This document shows positions 41,108 to 50,708 of a stretch of 64,000 nt of DNA, in pieces. The DNA comes from a bacterium (GTDB lineage Bacteria; Myxococcota_A; Bradymonadia; REDH01): positions 25,634-89,633 of the forward strand of contig JAUICO010000002.1 of assembly GCA_030427825.1 (NCBI GenBank). Reading direction: 5' to 3'. The notes beneath the pieces are model-generated. The model did not search any database. It was not told where the DNA came from and worked only from the letters and a program-made list of their open reading frames with translations. Positions within the stretch are counted from its first letter, which is position 1. Each line of letters starts with the position of its first letter. The translations under genes were made by a program, and so were the position numbers.

Positions 41108-41992
41108 GTGGCGATGCCGACCGGTGTGGGAGCGATTGACCTGATGATGAACATCCCCGGCTCTGATCAGAAGAGCTGGTACGAGTTCATGAAGCCTCTG
41201 TTTCTCGATTACGAGAGCCGGAACGTGTTCGAGTTTCCCGCTCAATACATGTTCCGAAATGTGCCGAAGATCGAGGAGTGCGGCGACTACGTCGAGTACA
41301 CCATCCAGCAGATGGACCTCTGGGGCGTCGAGCGAGCGATGCTCGGTATCGACTACGCAACCACGATCAACATGGAGGCGGTCAAGCGTTACCCGAAGCG
41401 CTTCATCCCGACCCTCGGTGTGAACCCGAACAACGCGATGGAAGAGGTCCGTAAGATCGAGCGCTTTCACAAAGAGTTCGGCATCAAGTCGCTGACCGGT
41501 TTCCCATCCGGTCTCTGCCCGCAGGTTCCGCTCAACGACAAGCGCTGGTATCCCATCTACGCGAAGTGTGTGGAGCTGGACCTGCCAATACAGCTCTGTG
41601 TCGGTGTGCCCGGTCCGCGCATCCCGATGGCACCTCAGAAGGTCGAGTTGATCGACGAGGTGTGCTGGTTCTTCCCCGAGCTGAAGTTTGTCATGCGCCA
41701 TGGCGCAGAGCCGTGGACCGAGCTCGCCGTGAAGCTGATGCTCAAGTACCCGAACCTGTACTACTGCACGAGCGCGTTTGCGCCGCGACACTACCCTAAG
41801 GCGATCATCGACTACGCAAACACACGCGGGTCCGACAAGATCATGTATGCCGGGTACTTTCCGATGGGCCTCTCGCTGGAGCGCATCTTCACCGACATGA
41901 AGCAGGTCCCTTTCAAAGACAATGTGTGGCCGAAGTTCCTGCGCGAGAATGCACTCCGCGTGTTTGGTTTGGATGACACAGACGGCGAGTGA
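41108..41992 (+). CDS. Amidohydrolase-2 family (TIM-barrel metal-dependent hydrolase)
   Basis: The family resemblance is inferred from length and overall pattern. The overlapping antisense ORF 41060..42469 is judged spurious. Confidence 0.6.
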   Translation: MAMPTGVGAIDLMMNIPGSDQKSWYEFMKPLFLDYESRNVFEFPAQYMFRNVPKIEECGDYVEYTIQQMDLWGVERAMLGIDYATTINMEAVKRYPKRFIPTLGVNPNNAMEEVRKIERFHKEFGIKSLTGFPSGLCPQVPLNDKRWYPIYAKCVELDLPIQLCVGVPGPRIPMAPQKVELIDEVCWFFPELKFVMRHGAEPWTELAVKLMLKYPNLYYCTSAFAPRHYPKAIIDYANTRGSDKIMYAGYFPMGLSLERIFTDMKQVPFKDNVWPKFLRENALRVFGLDDTDGE

Positions 41993-42004
41993 CGGGGTTC
42001 TCAG

Positions 42005-42826
42005 ATGCAATACAATGAAGAGGTGTCCCTTGCCATTGAACTCGCGCGTCAGGCCGGCGAGATCGCTATCGAGATCCATGATCGCGAATACGACGTCGCA
42101 CTGAAGTCGGGTGACCGCGGGCCGGTCACGGAAGCCGACCGGCGAATCAACGAATTCCTCGTTCAGCGGGTGTCTCAGGCCTTCCCCGACGACACGGTGC
42201 TCGGCGAAGAGACAAAGGCCGCCGTCGATCTGAACGCCGATCGCCTCTGGATTATCGATCCGATCGACGGAACCAAGGACTTTCTCAAGAAGAATGGGGA
42301 GTGGTCGATCATGATCGGCTTTACGGTCGGTGGATCCGCGAAAGTGGGCGTCGTATATCAACCTTCGGTTGGCAAGCTCTACAGCGCTGTCGAAGGGCAG
42401 GGCGCGTGGGTCGAACGCGCGGGCGTCAGTCGGCGCCTGCACGTGAGCAGAGACGCTGACAGTCGGCACGCGACGATTGTCAATTCACGCTCACACCCGG
42501 ACGATCGCATCGATCGCATTCAACAGCGGCTGGGTGTCCGCGTGGGCTACCGCCACGGTTCGGTGGGTTGCAAACTCGCGCACATCGCCGAGGCACGCGC
42601 TGACATGTACTTTAATCTCTCAGGCCGGTGCGGCATGTGGGACACCTGTGGCCCCGAGGTGATCATCCGGGAAGCCGGCGGCGATCTGACTGATCTCGAC
42701 GGTCATCCACTGCACTATGGCGGCGAATCAACCCTCGTAGACGTACCCTTCGTAGCGACGACCGACGCCCTGAAGCCTGCGGTGCTCGCCGCATGGGCAG
42801 AGCTCCGCGAAGAGCTGTCGGAGTAG
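42005..42826 (+). CDS. Inositol monophosphatase family / CysQ-like 3'(2'),5'-bisphosphate nucleotidase
   Basis: IMPase motifs (LWIIDPIDGTKDF; WDTCG). Confidence 0.8.
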   Translation: MQYNEEVSLAIELARQAGEIAIEIHDREYDVALKSGDRGPVTEADRRINEFLVQRVSQAFPDDTVLGEETKAAVDLNADRLWIIDPIDGTKDFLKKNGEWSIMIGFTVGGSAKVGVVYQPSVGKLYSAVEGQGAWVERAGVSRRLHVSRDADSRHATIVNSRSHPDDRIDRIQQRLGVRVGYRHGSVGCKLAHIAEARADMYFNLSGRCGMWDTCGPEVIIREAGGDLTDLDGHPLHYGGESTLVDVPFVATTDALKPAVLAAWAELREELSE

Positions 42827-42884
42827 GGCGCGACCTCACCCCCGTCCCCTCGCCATTCATGGAGAGGAAAAGAGGTGAGGCCGC

Positions 42885-44624
42885 CTACATGCGCGCGGGC
42901 AGAGGTACGCCCAGCAGACCGAGCGAGGTGGCCAGGGTGCGGCGCGTCGCGTTTGCCAGGGTGATGCGGGCTGCAGAAAGTGCCCTGTCCTCGGACACCA
43001 CCTTGTGTCCGCCGGAGTAGAAGCTGTTGAAGAGTTCGGCGATCTCGATCGCATAGCGCGAGACCTGCGCCGGCTCGTAGTCCCGGGCCGCGTGCCGGAG
43101 CAGCTCCGGAAACTTCTCGATGTGTGTAATCAGCGCCCTTGCAGCATCTTCGCCCAGGAGAGCGTAATCGACTGCGGCGGGATCCGGCAGCTCGCCGTGT
43201 GTTTCGATGTACTGGCGCTCAAGGCTCGCCAGCCGCGTGTGCGTGTATTGCAGGTAGGGGCCGGTCTGGCCGCTCTCGCCGGGACGAAGCCCTCGTAGCA
43301 TGAGGTCCCAATCGAAGTCGTAGTTCTTGATGCGGTTTCGACTGAGGTCGTAGAACAAAACGGCACCGACGGTGACCTGTTCGGTAATCAGCTCCCGCTC
43401 CTGGTCACTGAAAGGTTTGTCGGCCATGATCTCAGCGACGCGCTCTTTGCCCTTGTTCAGGATGTCGTCGAGAAAGACGAGTGTCCCCTTTCGTGTGGAG
43501 ATCCCGTGGATGCGCCCGAATGGAATGTGGTGGCAGTCCTCAGCCCAGCTGTAGTTCATACGCCGCAACACCTCGAAGACCTGCCTGAAATGCACGGTCT
43601 GTTCGGCGCCGACGATGTACAGAAACTGTTTGAATTGCAGCTGTTCGTATCGATAGCGGGCGGCAGCAAGATCTCGCGTTGCATAGAGCGTCGCGCCGTC
43701 CGCCTTCACGATCAAACACGGCGGCATGTCGAGCTCTGACATGTCGACGACGACTGCCCCGTCGCTCACTTCTGTCAGACCGGCCCTGTCCAGATCTTCA
43801 ACCAGGGGAGCGAGCATGTCGTTGTAGTAGGCTTCGCCCCAGTAGTGCTCGAACGAAACACCGAGTCGCTCGTAGATTCGTTCGAACTCGCGCAGGCTGA
43901 GATCGCGAAAACGCTGCCAATATGCCGTCGCCTGCTCGTCACCGTCTTCGAGTCGTTTGAACCAGGCGCGGCCCTCGTCGAGCAGAGTCTCGTCTTCCTC
44001 GGCCGCTTTGTGAAAGCGGACGTAGAGATCGTAAAGGTGTGTGATCGGGTCTTTGACCAGCGCTTCTTCGTTCCCCCAGCTCTCATAAGCAAACATCAGC
44101 TTGCCGAATTGTGTGCCCCAGTCGCCCAGGTGGTTGATTCCCACGACCCGGTAGCCGAGCATGCGAAAGATGTTTCCGAGGGCGTTGCCTATGGATGTCG
44201 ATCGCAGGTGACCGATGCCGAACGGCTTGGCGATGTTGGGGCTTGAGAAGTCGATCCCGATCGTCTGTCCTTCGCCCTCACTGCCGCGACCGTATCCTTC
44301 GTCGGTCGCTGCGCGCAGAACGCCGGCAGCATGATACGCCGAGTCGACCGTGAAGTTCAGATAGGGGCCTGCAGCGTTGACGCCGCCGAGGGCCGGCGCG
44401 TCGGATACGGCGCCCGCGATCGCGTCGCAAAGGGTCGTGGCGATCGCCGCCGGCGAGGTGCGTAGCTGTTTTGAGAGCACGAAGCAGGGAAACGCGATGT
44501 CCCCCATCTCGCGACGCGGCGGCTCGGTGAGCAGGTCCCGGGCTTCATCTGTGCTCAGGGTAGCCCCCGCATCTTCGGCGGCCTGTGACAGGAGGGTAGC
44601 GAGCAGCGATCGAGTGTCGGTCAT
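42885..44624 (-). CDS. argS: Arginine--tRNA ligase
   Basis: Class I aaRS catalytic core (SSPNIAKPFGIGHLRS) and C-terminal anticodon-binding DALR-like region. The start is trimmed to MTDTRSLL. Confidence 0.85.
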   Translation of the reverse strand: MTDTRSLLATLLSQAAEDAGATLSTDEARDLLTEPPRREMGDIAFPCFVLSKQLRTSPAAIATTLCDAIAGAVSDAPALGGVNAAGPYLNFTVDSAYHAAGVLRAATDEGYGRGSEGEGQTIGIDFSSPNIAKPFGIGHLRSTSIGNALGNIFRMLGYRVVGINHLGDWGTQFGKLMFAYESWGNEEALVKDPITHLYDLYVRFHKAAEEDETLLDEGRAWFKRLEDGDEQATAYWQRFRDLSLREFERIYERLGVSFEHYWGEAYYNDMLAPLVEDLDRAGLTEVSDGAVVVDMSELDMPPCLIVKADGATLYATRDLAAARYRYEQLQFKQFLYIVGAEQTVHFRQVFEVLRRMNYSWAEDCHHIPFGRIHGISTRKGTLVFLDDILNKGKERVAEIMADKPFSDQERELITEQVTVGAVLFYDLSRNRIKNYDFDWDLMLRGLRPGESGQTGPYLQYTHTRLASLERQYIETHGELPDPAAVDYALLGEDAARALITHIEKFPELLRHAARDYEPAQVSRYAIEIAELFNSFYSGGHKVVSEDRALSAARITLANATRRTLATSLGLLGVPLPARM

Positions 44625-44843
44625 GGTTCGTTCGTGTGCACAAATGGGCCGCGATATTGCGACAGTGTTCGCGGGTGTGCGGCCTAGACCAGTCGCCGTG
44701 AGCCCGCAACGCGTGGAGCGATGATGGTTGGGAGCGGGCGACACATTTCGGCGGACGCGGTGCCGAATTGCGGACGTCGCAGGTGTACAACCGGGTGCAC
44801 CGAGGGTACAGGGACGGCGCGCCCGGCGCGGCGTACACCGAAG

Positions 44844-45314
44844 ATGGTCATGAAGCTCAGCGTTCTGCTCGCAGTCCTGTCGTTACTGACGTCAGCGTGC
44901 ATCGGAGGCACAGATTTCTCCGGCGCGTACGTCGAAACTATCCCGGAAGATGGTCTCGACGACGGTCGCCTGCGCGCGCTCCGGGTCATCGTCCATGAGT
45001 ACAACAGCGCTGTGGGCGGCTACGTCGAATTCTACGAGATTGGCGACATCAACGACCGCTTCGCCCCCTGGTCCCAGGTCCACGCCTGCGCGTACTACGG
45101 CGATCTTCGGCAGGTTGGCGACGCGGTCCCCGCTGTCATCGTGCACCCTGAGCTCGGCGAGCTGCGCATGCAGATTTCGCGCAGGAATCGGCGCCGCATG
45201 AGCGCCGTCGTTAGCGCGGGCGGCGAAATTCTCGGCGTTGAAGACGGCAGCGAGCTTGAGTTCGAAGGCGACGATCTGCCTGAGGGCCGCGTCTGTCCTG
45301 AGGTGACTCCGTGA
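44844..45314 (+). CDS. Small hypothetical lipoprotein
   Basis: MVMKLSVLLAVLSLLTSAC lipobox, about 156 aa. It overlaps the next gene (GTGA). Confidence 0.5.
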   Translation: MVMKLSVLLAVLSLLTSACIGGTDFSGAYVETIPEDGLDDGRLRALRVIVHEYNSAVGGYVEFYEIGDINDRFAPWSQVHACAYYGDLRQVGDAVPAVIVHPELGELRMQISRRNRRRMSAVVSAGGEILGVEDGSELEFEGDDLPEGRVCPEVTP

Positions 45315-46813
45315 GCCGCCCCCGAGGATCGAGACTACGTAGGGTCGCGACGCTGGCATTCGGGGCGCTCTGCCTCGTGCTTTTGACCCCCACGGGGCCG
45401 CACGCGCAAGTGCCTGATGAGCAGCTGCTGCAGCCGCCCTTTGTGCCGCGTACGGTGTTGGTGATGGATCCCGTCCGCGGATGGGACCTGACCGGCGGCG
45501 ACGCCGCGGCTATCGACACCGCAGAGATGGTACGTTCGATCCGCATGACCATCGCAGCGGACCCGCGCTACGAGCTTCTCGACGCGCCGATACCCCGTAG
45601 CGACACTCGTGCTGCCGCAGAGCAACGCACCGCCCTGGCTCAACAACGCATCGGCCTCGGTATGGACCTCTACCGCGCAGACCGCGCAGCAGAGGCGGCG
45701 GCGTCCCTCGAATCCGCCACCCGCGGCTTCAGCGAAGGGACGCTGCGTTGGACGGACGCCGGGCTCGTCGCCGAAGCGTGGCGCACCCTGGCCTTCGCGC
45801 ACCTGGAGCTATCGGCTGCGGGCGCCGAATCAGCGGTCAGGTCAGAGACGCGGGCTGCGATCGCCTTCCGCGAGATGATTCGACACCTGACGCCGGATCT
45901 CGTCGACCCCGCAGTGTGGCCTCCCGCGGTAGCCGACATCTACGAGCAGCAGCTGCTGACCCACGCTGCGTCACGGGGCCATGACCTGCGAGTTCGGGTC
46001 AGCGAGGCGCGAGCCGCCGCCGAGCTCTTCGATGCGGACGAGCTGCTGTTTGTGACGGTGGTTCAAGACGAGGGGGGCAGTACTGCTGCGTTGCAGTTCT
46101 TCGATACGGAGTCGGGCAGCTTTCACGCCATTGAGGTCGTTGAGTCGCCGGATGTCGGCGTCGACCTTGCTTCGCTGGCAGGCGCAGCGATCTCGCGGGT
46201 CGCAGCATGTCAGCGTCTCGCGCCCCCGGCTCCTGTGGACGAGGATCTCGAAGCCGGCAGCGTGTATCTCGCGGCCGGCTACACCGTCCGCGCGTTCCTG
46301 GACCGTCCGACCCGTCGCAGCTTCGCCAATCACGGCGTAGGCCTGCTGGGTGAGGTCATGGTGACAGGCTCCGTGGGTGTCTACGCAGGCGCCAACCTGC
46401 ACTTCAGCCGGCCGGACCGGCTCCATGACCTCCTGAACCGGGTGAACACCTTCTCGGGATCCCTGGGCGGCGTATTCGCGTGGCGCGGACACAGCGGGCG
46501 GGTGTTTCTTCGCGCGGGCGCCGAGATGTCGCGAGTTGGGGACCTGCGCGCCACCACGGAATACTGGTGCAAAGTCAGCCGCGGCGAAGCGCAGCAGTTC
46601 GACTCGATGCGCGCCTGTACGCCGTCGGACCTGACGATCGAAGACGCCTCGCCCCACTTCGGCCTCGCCGTCGCCGTCGGCGGCTCGGTCCGCATTTTCG
46701 GGCCGGTCTGGTTCTATGCGCAGGCAGAGGTGTCCCTCTTTGTCACGCCCCTCGACAGCGTCCCGCTGGCCTTTCCGGCCGGTGGTGGCGCAGGCGTCTC
46801 CTACCGCTTCTAG
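45311..46813 (+). CDS. Secreted protein, probable outer-membrane beta-barrel
   Basis: N-terminal signal peptide ([19 protein letters not shown]). The C-terminus GVSYRF ends in Phe, as OM barrels do. Confidence 0.5.
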   Translation: MSRPRGSRLRRVATLAFGALCLVLLTPTGPHAQVPDEQLLQPPFVPRTVLVMDPVRGWDLTGGDAAAIDTAEMVRSIRMTIAADPRYELLDAPIPRSDTRAAAEQRTALAQQRIGLGMDLYRADRAAEAAASLESATRGFSEGTLRWTDAGLVAEAWRTLAFAHLELSAAGAESAVRSETRAAIAFREMIRHLTPDLVDPAVWPPAVADIYEQQLLTHAASRGHDLRVRVSEARAAAELFDADELLFVTVVQDEGGSTAALQFFDTESGSFHAIEVVESPDVGVDLASLAGAAISRVAACQRLAPPAPVDEDLEAGSVYLAAGYTVRAFLDRPTRRSFANHGVGLLGEVMVTGSVGVYAGANLHFSRPDRLHDLLNRVNTFSGSLGGVFAWRGHSGRVFLRAGAEMSRVGDLRATTEYWCKVSRGEAQQFDSMRACTPSDLTIEDASPHFGLAVAVGGSVRIFGPVWFYAQAEVSLFVTPLDSVPLAFPAGGGAGVSYRF

Positions 46814-46853
46814 ACCGTCGGGCTTGCCCGCCGTCGACGGCTGCGACAAGGCT

Positions 46854-48221
46854 ATGCTGACTATGTCGGACATCACCCGTACAGTTGTTCTCAGAGGCGG
46901 CGCGGAGTCATTGCTCCTGCGGCGCTTCTCACTGACGCCCGCGGGCGGCCGCAGAGCCTCCTTTGACACACGGCGCGTGACCATCGGGTCGAGCCCGGAC
47001 AACGACCTCTCGATCGATGATCCCGGCGTCAGCAGGCACCACTGCCGAATCGAAGTGAGCGCAGACGGCTATCGACTCGTGGACCTGCAGTCGAAGAACG
47101 GGACCTGGATCTCGTCGGTGCGCATTCACGACGCTGTGCTCGCCGATGGCGCTACCTTCAGCGTCGGTGACGCCAGGGTCCGCTTTGACATCGGCGATGA
47201 AGAAGTTGAAATCGGCTTCTCCGGTGACAATCGCTTCGGCTCTCTGCTCGGCCGATCTCTCGTCATGCGCGAATTCTTCGCTCTGCTCGAGAAGGTGGCG
47301 AGCACCGACGCGACGATTCTTATCGAAGGCGAGTCGGGCACCGGCAAGGAAGTCGCCGCCCAGGCCGTTCACGACGCGAGTCGGCGACGCAGCGGCCCCT
47401 TCATCGTCTTCGACTGTTCCGCCGTCTCGGGAGACCTGATCGAGTCCGAGCTCTTCGGCCACGTAAAGGGCGCCTTTACCGGGGCGCATGCGGACCGGGC
47501 GGGCGCCTTCGAAGAGGCAGCCGGCGGCACAATCTTTATCGACGAGCTGGGCGAGCTGGCCACTGAACTGCAGCCGAAGCTGCTTCGCGTGCTCGAAAAG
47601 CGAGAGGTTCGCCGCGTGGGCAGTAACGTGGCCATCCCGGTCGACGTGCGCGTGATTGCCGCGACAAACCGGCGCCTTCGCGAAGAGATGCAGCGCGGCG
47701 ACTTTCGCGAAGACCTGTACTATCGCTTTGCGGTGGTGAAGGCGCGGATTCCGCCGCTGCGCGAGCGTACCGAAGACATCCCGATGCTTGTCGACAACTT
47801 CCTCGCCGAGGTCGCCACGCAGCACGGCTTGAACGACCTGAATGTATCGTACCAGACGATGCAGAAGCTCATCGCGCACCCCTGGCCCGGCAACGTCCGC
47901 GAGCTGCGCAACTTTGTGGAGCGGGCCGCGGTGCTGTCTCAGGACGGCGATGTCGCGACGAACTTTCTGCGCACCGATGCGCCCGCCGCGCCGAAGGCGG
48001 ACGCGGCCGAGGAAGCCGTCTCCTGGATGGAAGCCGCCGGTGTAGACACCGAGACGCCTTTCAAGGAGGCCAAGCATCGCCTGGTTGAAGCCTTTGAAAG
48101 AGCGTATTGGGAGAAGCTGCTCCATAACGCAGACGGCAATGTGTCGCGGGCCGCACGAAAGGCAGGTGTCCATCGCAAGAGTGTGGAGTACATTCTGCGC
48201 AAGCTCGATTTGAAGCGCTGA
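46854..48221 (+). CDS. Sigma-54-dependent transcriptional activator (bEBP) with an N-terminal FHA domain and a C-terminal Fis-type HTH
   Basis: FHA domain (…[28 protein letters not shown]…). AAA+ sigma-54 interaction domain with ESGTGKE Walker A and the GAFTGA loop. C-terminal HTH ([24 protein letters not shown]). Confidence 0.85.
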   Translation: MLTMSDITRTVVLRGGAESLLLRRFSLTPAGGRRASFDTRRVTIGSSPDNDLSIDDPGVSRHHCRIEVSADGYRLVDLQSKNGTWISSVRIHDAVLADGATFSVGDARVRFDIGDEEVEIGFSGDNRFGSLLGRSLVMREFFALLEKVASTDATILIEGESGTGKEVAAQAVHDASRRRSGPFIVFDCSAVSGDLIESELFGHVKGAFTGAHADRAGAFEEAAGGTIFIDELGELATELQPKLLRVLEKREVRRVGSNVAIPVDVRVIAATNRRLREEMQRGDFREDLYYRFAVVKARIPPLRERTEDIPMLVDNFLAEVATQHGLNDLNVSYQTMQKLIAHPWPGNVRELRNFVERAAVLSQDGDVATNFLRTDAPAAPKADAAEEAVSWMEAAGVDTETPFKEAKHRLVEAFERAYWEKLLHNADGNVSRAARKAGVHRKSVEYILRKLDLKR

Positions 48222-48234
48222 ACAGGGAATCCAG

Positions 48235-49155
48235 ATGCCGGTACATCAGTCCATCACCCACACCGTCGGAAACACGCCGCTGGTCGAACTGCAGCGGGTA
48301 ACCGGCAACGCCGGCGCGAGAGTTCTGGTCAAAGTCGAGTTCTTCAATCCCCTCGCGAGCATCAAGGACCGTATCGGCCTCGCAATGATCGAGGCCGCAG
48401 AGGCAGAGGGTCGTCTTGGCGAAGGCTCGCTGCTCATCGAACCGACCTCTGGGAACACCGGGATTGCGCTGGCCTTCGTGGCGGCCGCGAAGGGATACCG
48501 GCTGATACTCACAATGCCCGACGCCATGAGCATCGAGCGTCGAAAGCTGCTCAAGCATATGGGCGCTGAGGTAGAGCTGACGCCCTGGTCTCTGGGTATG
48601 ATGGGCGCCGTTGATCGCGCGCGAGCCATCGCCAGGGAGCGCACGGATGCCGTGATCCTTCAGCAGTTCGAGAACCCGGCGAACCCGGCCGCACACGAGC
48701 GAACCACCGGGCCGGAGATCTGGACGGATACCGAGGGCAGGGTGGATATCTTCGTCGCCGGAGTCGGAACCGGCGGCACCATCAGCGGTGTCTCACGCTA
48801 CCTGAAGACCAAGAACCCGAACCTTCGCTCCTACGCAGTAGAGCCGGAGACTTCGGCGGTGCTGTCCGGCCGTCCACCCGGTCCCCATCCGATCGAGGGT
48901 ATCGGCGCCGGCTTCATTCCGCGAAACCTGGACATGAGCCTCGTCGATGAGGTCATCACAATGCGCGCCGAACGAGCCTTCGAGATGTCGAGACGCCTGG
49001 CTGTTGAAGAAGGCATCCTCGCAGGCATCTCCAGCGGAGCAAATGTAACCGCAGCGATCGAGCTGGCGAATCGCCCTGAGAATGCCGGCAGGACGATCGT
49101 CACCGTCGTATGCTCCTGCGGCGAACGTTACCTCTCTACGTCGCTCTTCGGGTGA
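48235..49155 (+). CDS. cysK: Cysteine synthase A (O-acetylserine sulfhydrylase)
   Basis: PLP-lysine motif SIKDR and TSGNTGIALAF. 306 aa. Confidence 0.9.
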   Translation: MPVHQSITHTVGNTPLVELQRVTGNAGARVLVKVEFFNPLASIKDRIGLAMIEAAEAEGRLGEGSLLIEPTSGNTGIALAFVAAAKGYRLILTMPDAMSIERRKLLKHMGAEVELTPWSLGMMGAVDRARAIARERTDAVILQQFENPANPAAHERTTGPEIWTDTEGRVDIFVAGVGTGGTISGVSRYLKTKNPNLRSYAVEPETSAVLSGRPPGPHPIEGIGAGFIPRNLDMSLVDEVITMRAERAFEMSRRLAVEEGILAGISSGANVTAAIELANRPENAGRTIVTVVCSCGERYLSTSLFG

Positions 49156-49366
49156 GCGCGTCTCAGGCGGTGATTTTGACCGCAACACGCAAATCCGCGA
49201 CCCTTGGGCCTATGTCGATCGATCTGTTCAGCACCGACTTCTTCAGCGTCAGAGTGTCTGCGTGAAGCCGAATGGAAAATGGAGCCTGCGTACCGCCCTG
49301 AACGGCCTTTTTGGCACGACAGAACGGCGAGGCAGCGAGAGCCGTGTTCGGGTCACACCGCCCGCC

Positions 49367-50092
49367 ATGCATCCTCGGGGCATGAGCGGGATCGTCGAGC
49401 TCGTCCGTGAGGATGTGCGCGCGGTGATGCAGCATGATCCTGCGGCAAGAAATGCGGTCGAAGTGCTGCTTTTCTACCCCGGCTTTCACGCCGTCTGGGG
49501 CCACCGCGTCGCCCACACCATGTGGCGAATGGGGCTCACGACCTCGGCCCGAGCCGTCTCACACGCGAACCGCTTCGTCACCGGAATCGAAATCCACCCC
49601 GGCGCTACCATCGGCCGCAGAGTATTCATTGACCACGGTATGGGCATCGTAATCGGCGAGACTGCGACCGTCGGCGACGACTGTCTGCTGTACAAGGGCG
49701 TCGTGCTGGGCGGAACTTCGCTGGAGCGTCGCGAACGCCATCCCACGCTCGGCTCCGGCGTCGTCGTCGGTACGAACGCATGCGTGCTCGGTGCCATCTA
49801 CCTTGGCGACGGAGCCCGCATCGGCTCCGGCTCCGTCGTGATCCGCGACGTTCCAGAGGGCGCTACCGTCGTCGGTATCCCCGGTCGCGTCGTCGAGATG
49901 GGCGGCATGCGCACCATCGAGCAGCTCGACCACGCCGCCCTCCCGGATCCCGTGGCCAACGCGATATCGTCGCTGCTTGGCGAGATTGAAGACCTGCGCC
50001 GCGAGGTGGCAGCCATTCGCGGCGACGAGCCGCCGCCCAGACGCGCCGGCCGCGACTTCGAACACGAGAGCTTTGACGGTGAGGAGGAGTGA
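49367..50092 (+). CDS. cysE: Serine O-acetyltransferase
   Basis: Hexapeptide-repeat LbH domain and SAT N-terminal helices (…VREDVRAVMQHDPAARN…IHPGATIGRRVFIDHGMGIVIGETA…). The start is trimmed from the track ORF. Confidence 0.85.
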   Translation: MHPRGMSGIVELVREDVRAVMQHDPAARNAVEVLLFYPGFHAVWGHRVAHTMWRMGLTTSARAVSHANRFVTGIEIHPGATIGRRVFIDHGMGIVIGETATVGDDCLLYKGVVLGGTSLERRERHPTLGSGVVVGTNACVLGAIYLGDGARIGSGSVVIRDVPEGATVVGIPGRVVEMGGMRTIEQLDHAALPDPVANAISSLLGEIEDLRREVAAIRGDEPPPRRAGRDFEHESFDGEEE

Positions 50093-50586
50093 GCGGGCTG
50101 CGCGATGATATCACGCACGCTCTCGCTCCCTTCGGAGAGCCCGAGCTCCGACTTCTCGGCGCCTGGCGATCGACTACACGGCTGCCGGGCCTTCGGGAGC
50201 TTCCGATGGTGCACGCAGTCGTCGCGTATCCCGCGCTACGCCTCGCCACGCTGCGTCATTGGCGCGACACCTTCGAGACGACTCTGACCGTCGGCGATGC
50301 GCCGGTACACCTGGTTGCCCACGAGGCCTCAAAGTGGGCGCGGCTGCTGCTCAAGGGCCACGGCGGAAGCCTCCTCATCGCAGGCCTGGAGCCCGTCTTC
50401 GATTCTTCACGGCTGCTGTCGAAGCTCGGCGAGATCGCCGGGTCGTGTGCGAATGCCGACACACGCGAGTGGTGTGAAGCGGCCAATGGACCCGCGCCTG
50501 CCGCGAACACGGTGAGCGCGCAGGCGCGCTTTGACGCGTTGGAGTCCTGGCTGACCGAAGCGCGATGCTTCGCGATCGGCGCCTGA
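50089..50586 (+). CDS. Hypothetical protein
   Basis: 165-aa ORF overlapping the cysE stop (GTGA). It has no recognisable motif. Confidence 0.35.
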   Translation: MSGLRDDITHALAPFGEPELRLLGAWRSTTRLPGLRELPMVHAVVAYPALRLATLRHWRDTFETTLTVGDAPVHLVAHEASKWARLLLKGHGGSLLIAGLEPVFDSSRLLSKLGEIAGSCANADTREWCEAANGPAPAANTVSAQARFDALESWLTEARCFAIGA

Positions 50587-50708
50587 GAGAAGGGCAGCGG
50601 AGGCTCGCATTCCGGCGCAGCGCGTGCGCCGCATGCTTTCCTCTGCCGCCGTCCATGCTACAGTGGGCCGATACGGGGATTACTGAGTTCGTTACGTACA
50701 GGGGCACC

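Noticed and set aside
41060-42469. 469-aa minus-strand ORF
   Set aside because: It is antisense to two plus-strand genes with clear family motifs, the amidohydrolase and the IMPase with DPIDGT. It has no motifs of its own and is a typical high-GC antisense open frame.
46929-48173. 414-aa minus-strand ORF
   Set aside because: It is antisense to the sigma-54 activator, which has unambiguous Walker A, GAFTGA and HTH motifs on the plus strand.
50586-50708. Possible sigma-54 -24/-12 element (cGGCgcagcgcgtGCg) upstream of giant gene 1
   Set aside because: Only about 7/10 of the consensus positions match in a region where GG…GC pairs occur by chance. It is kept as a hypothesis in the cys/giant-gene finding but is not called as a feature.
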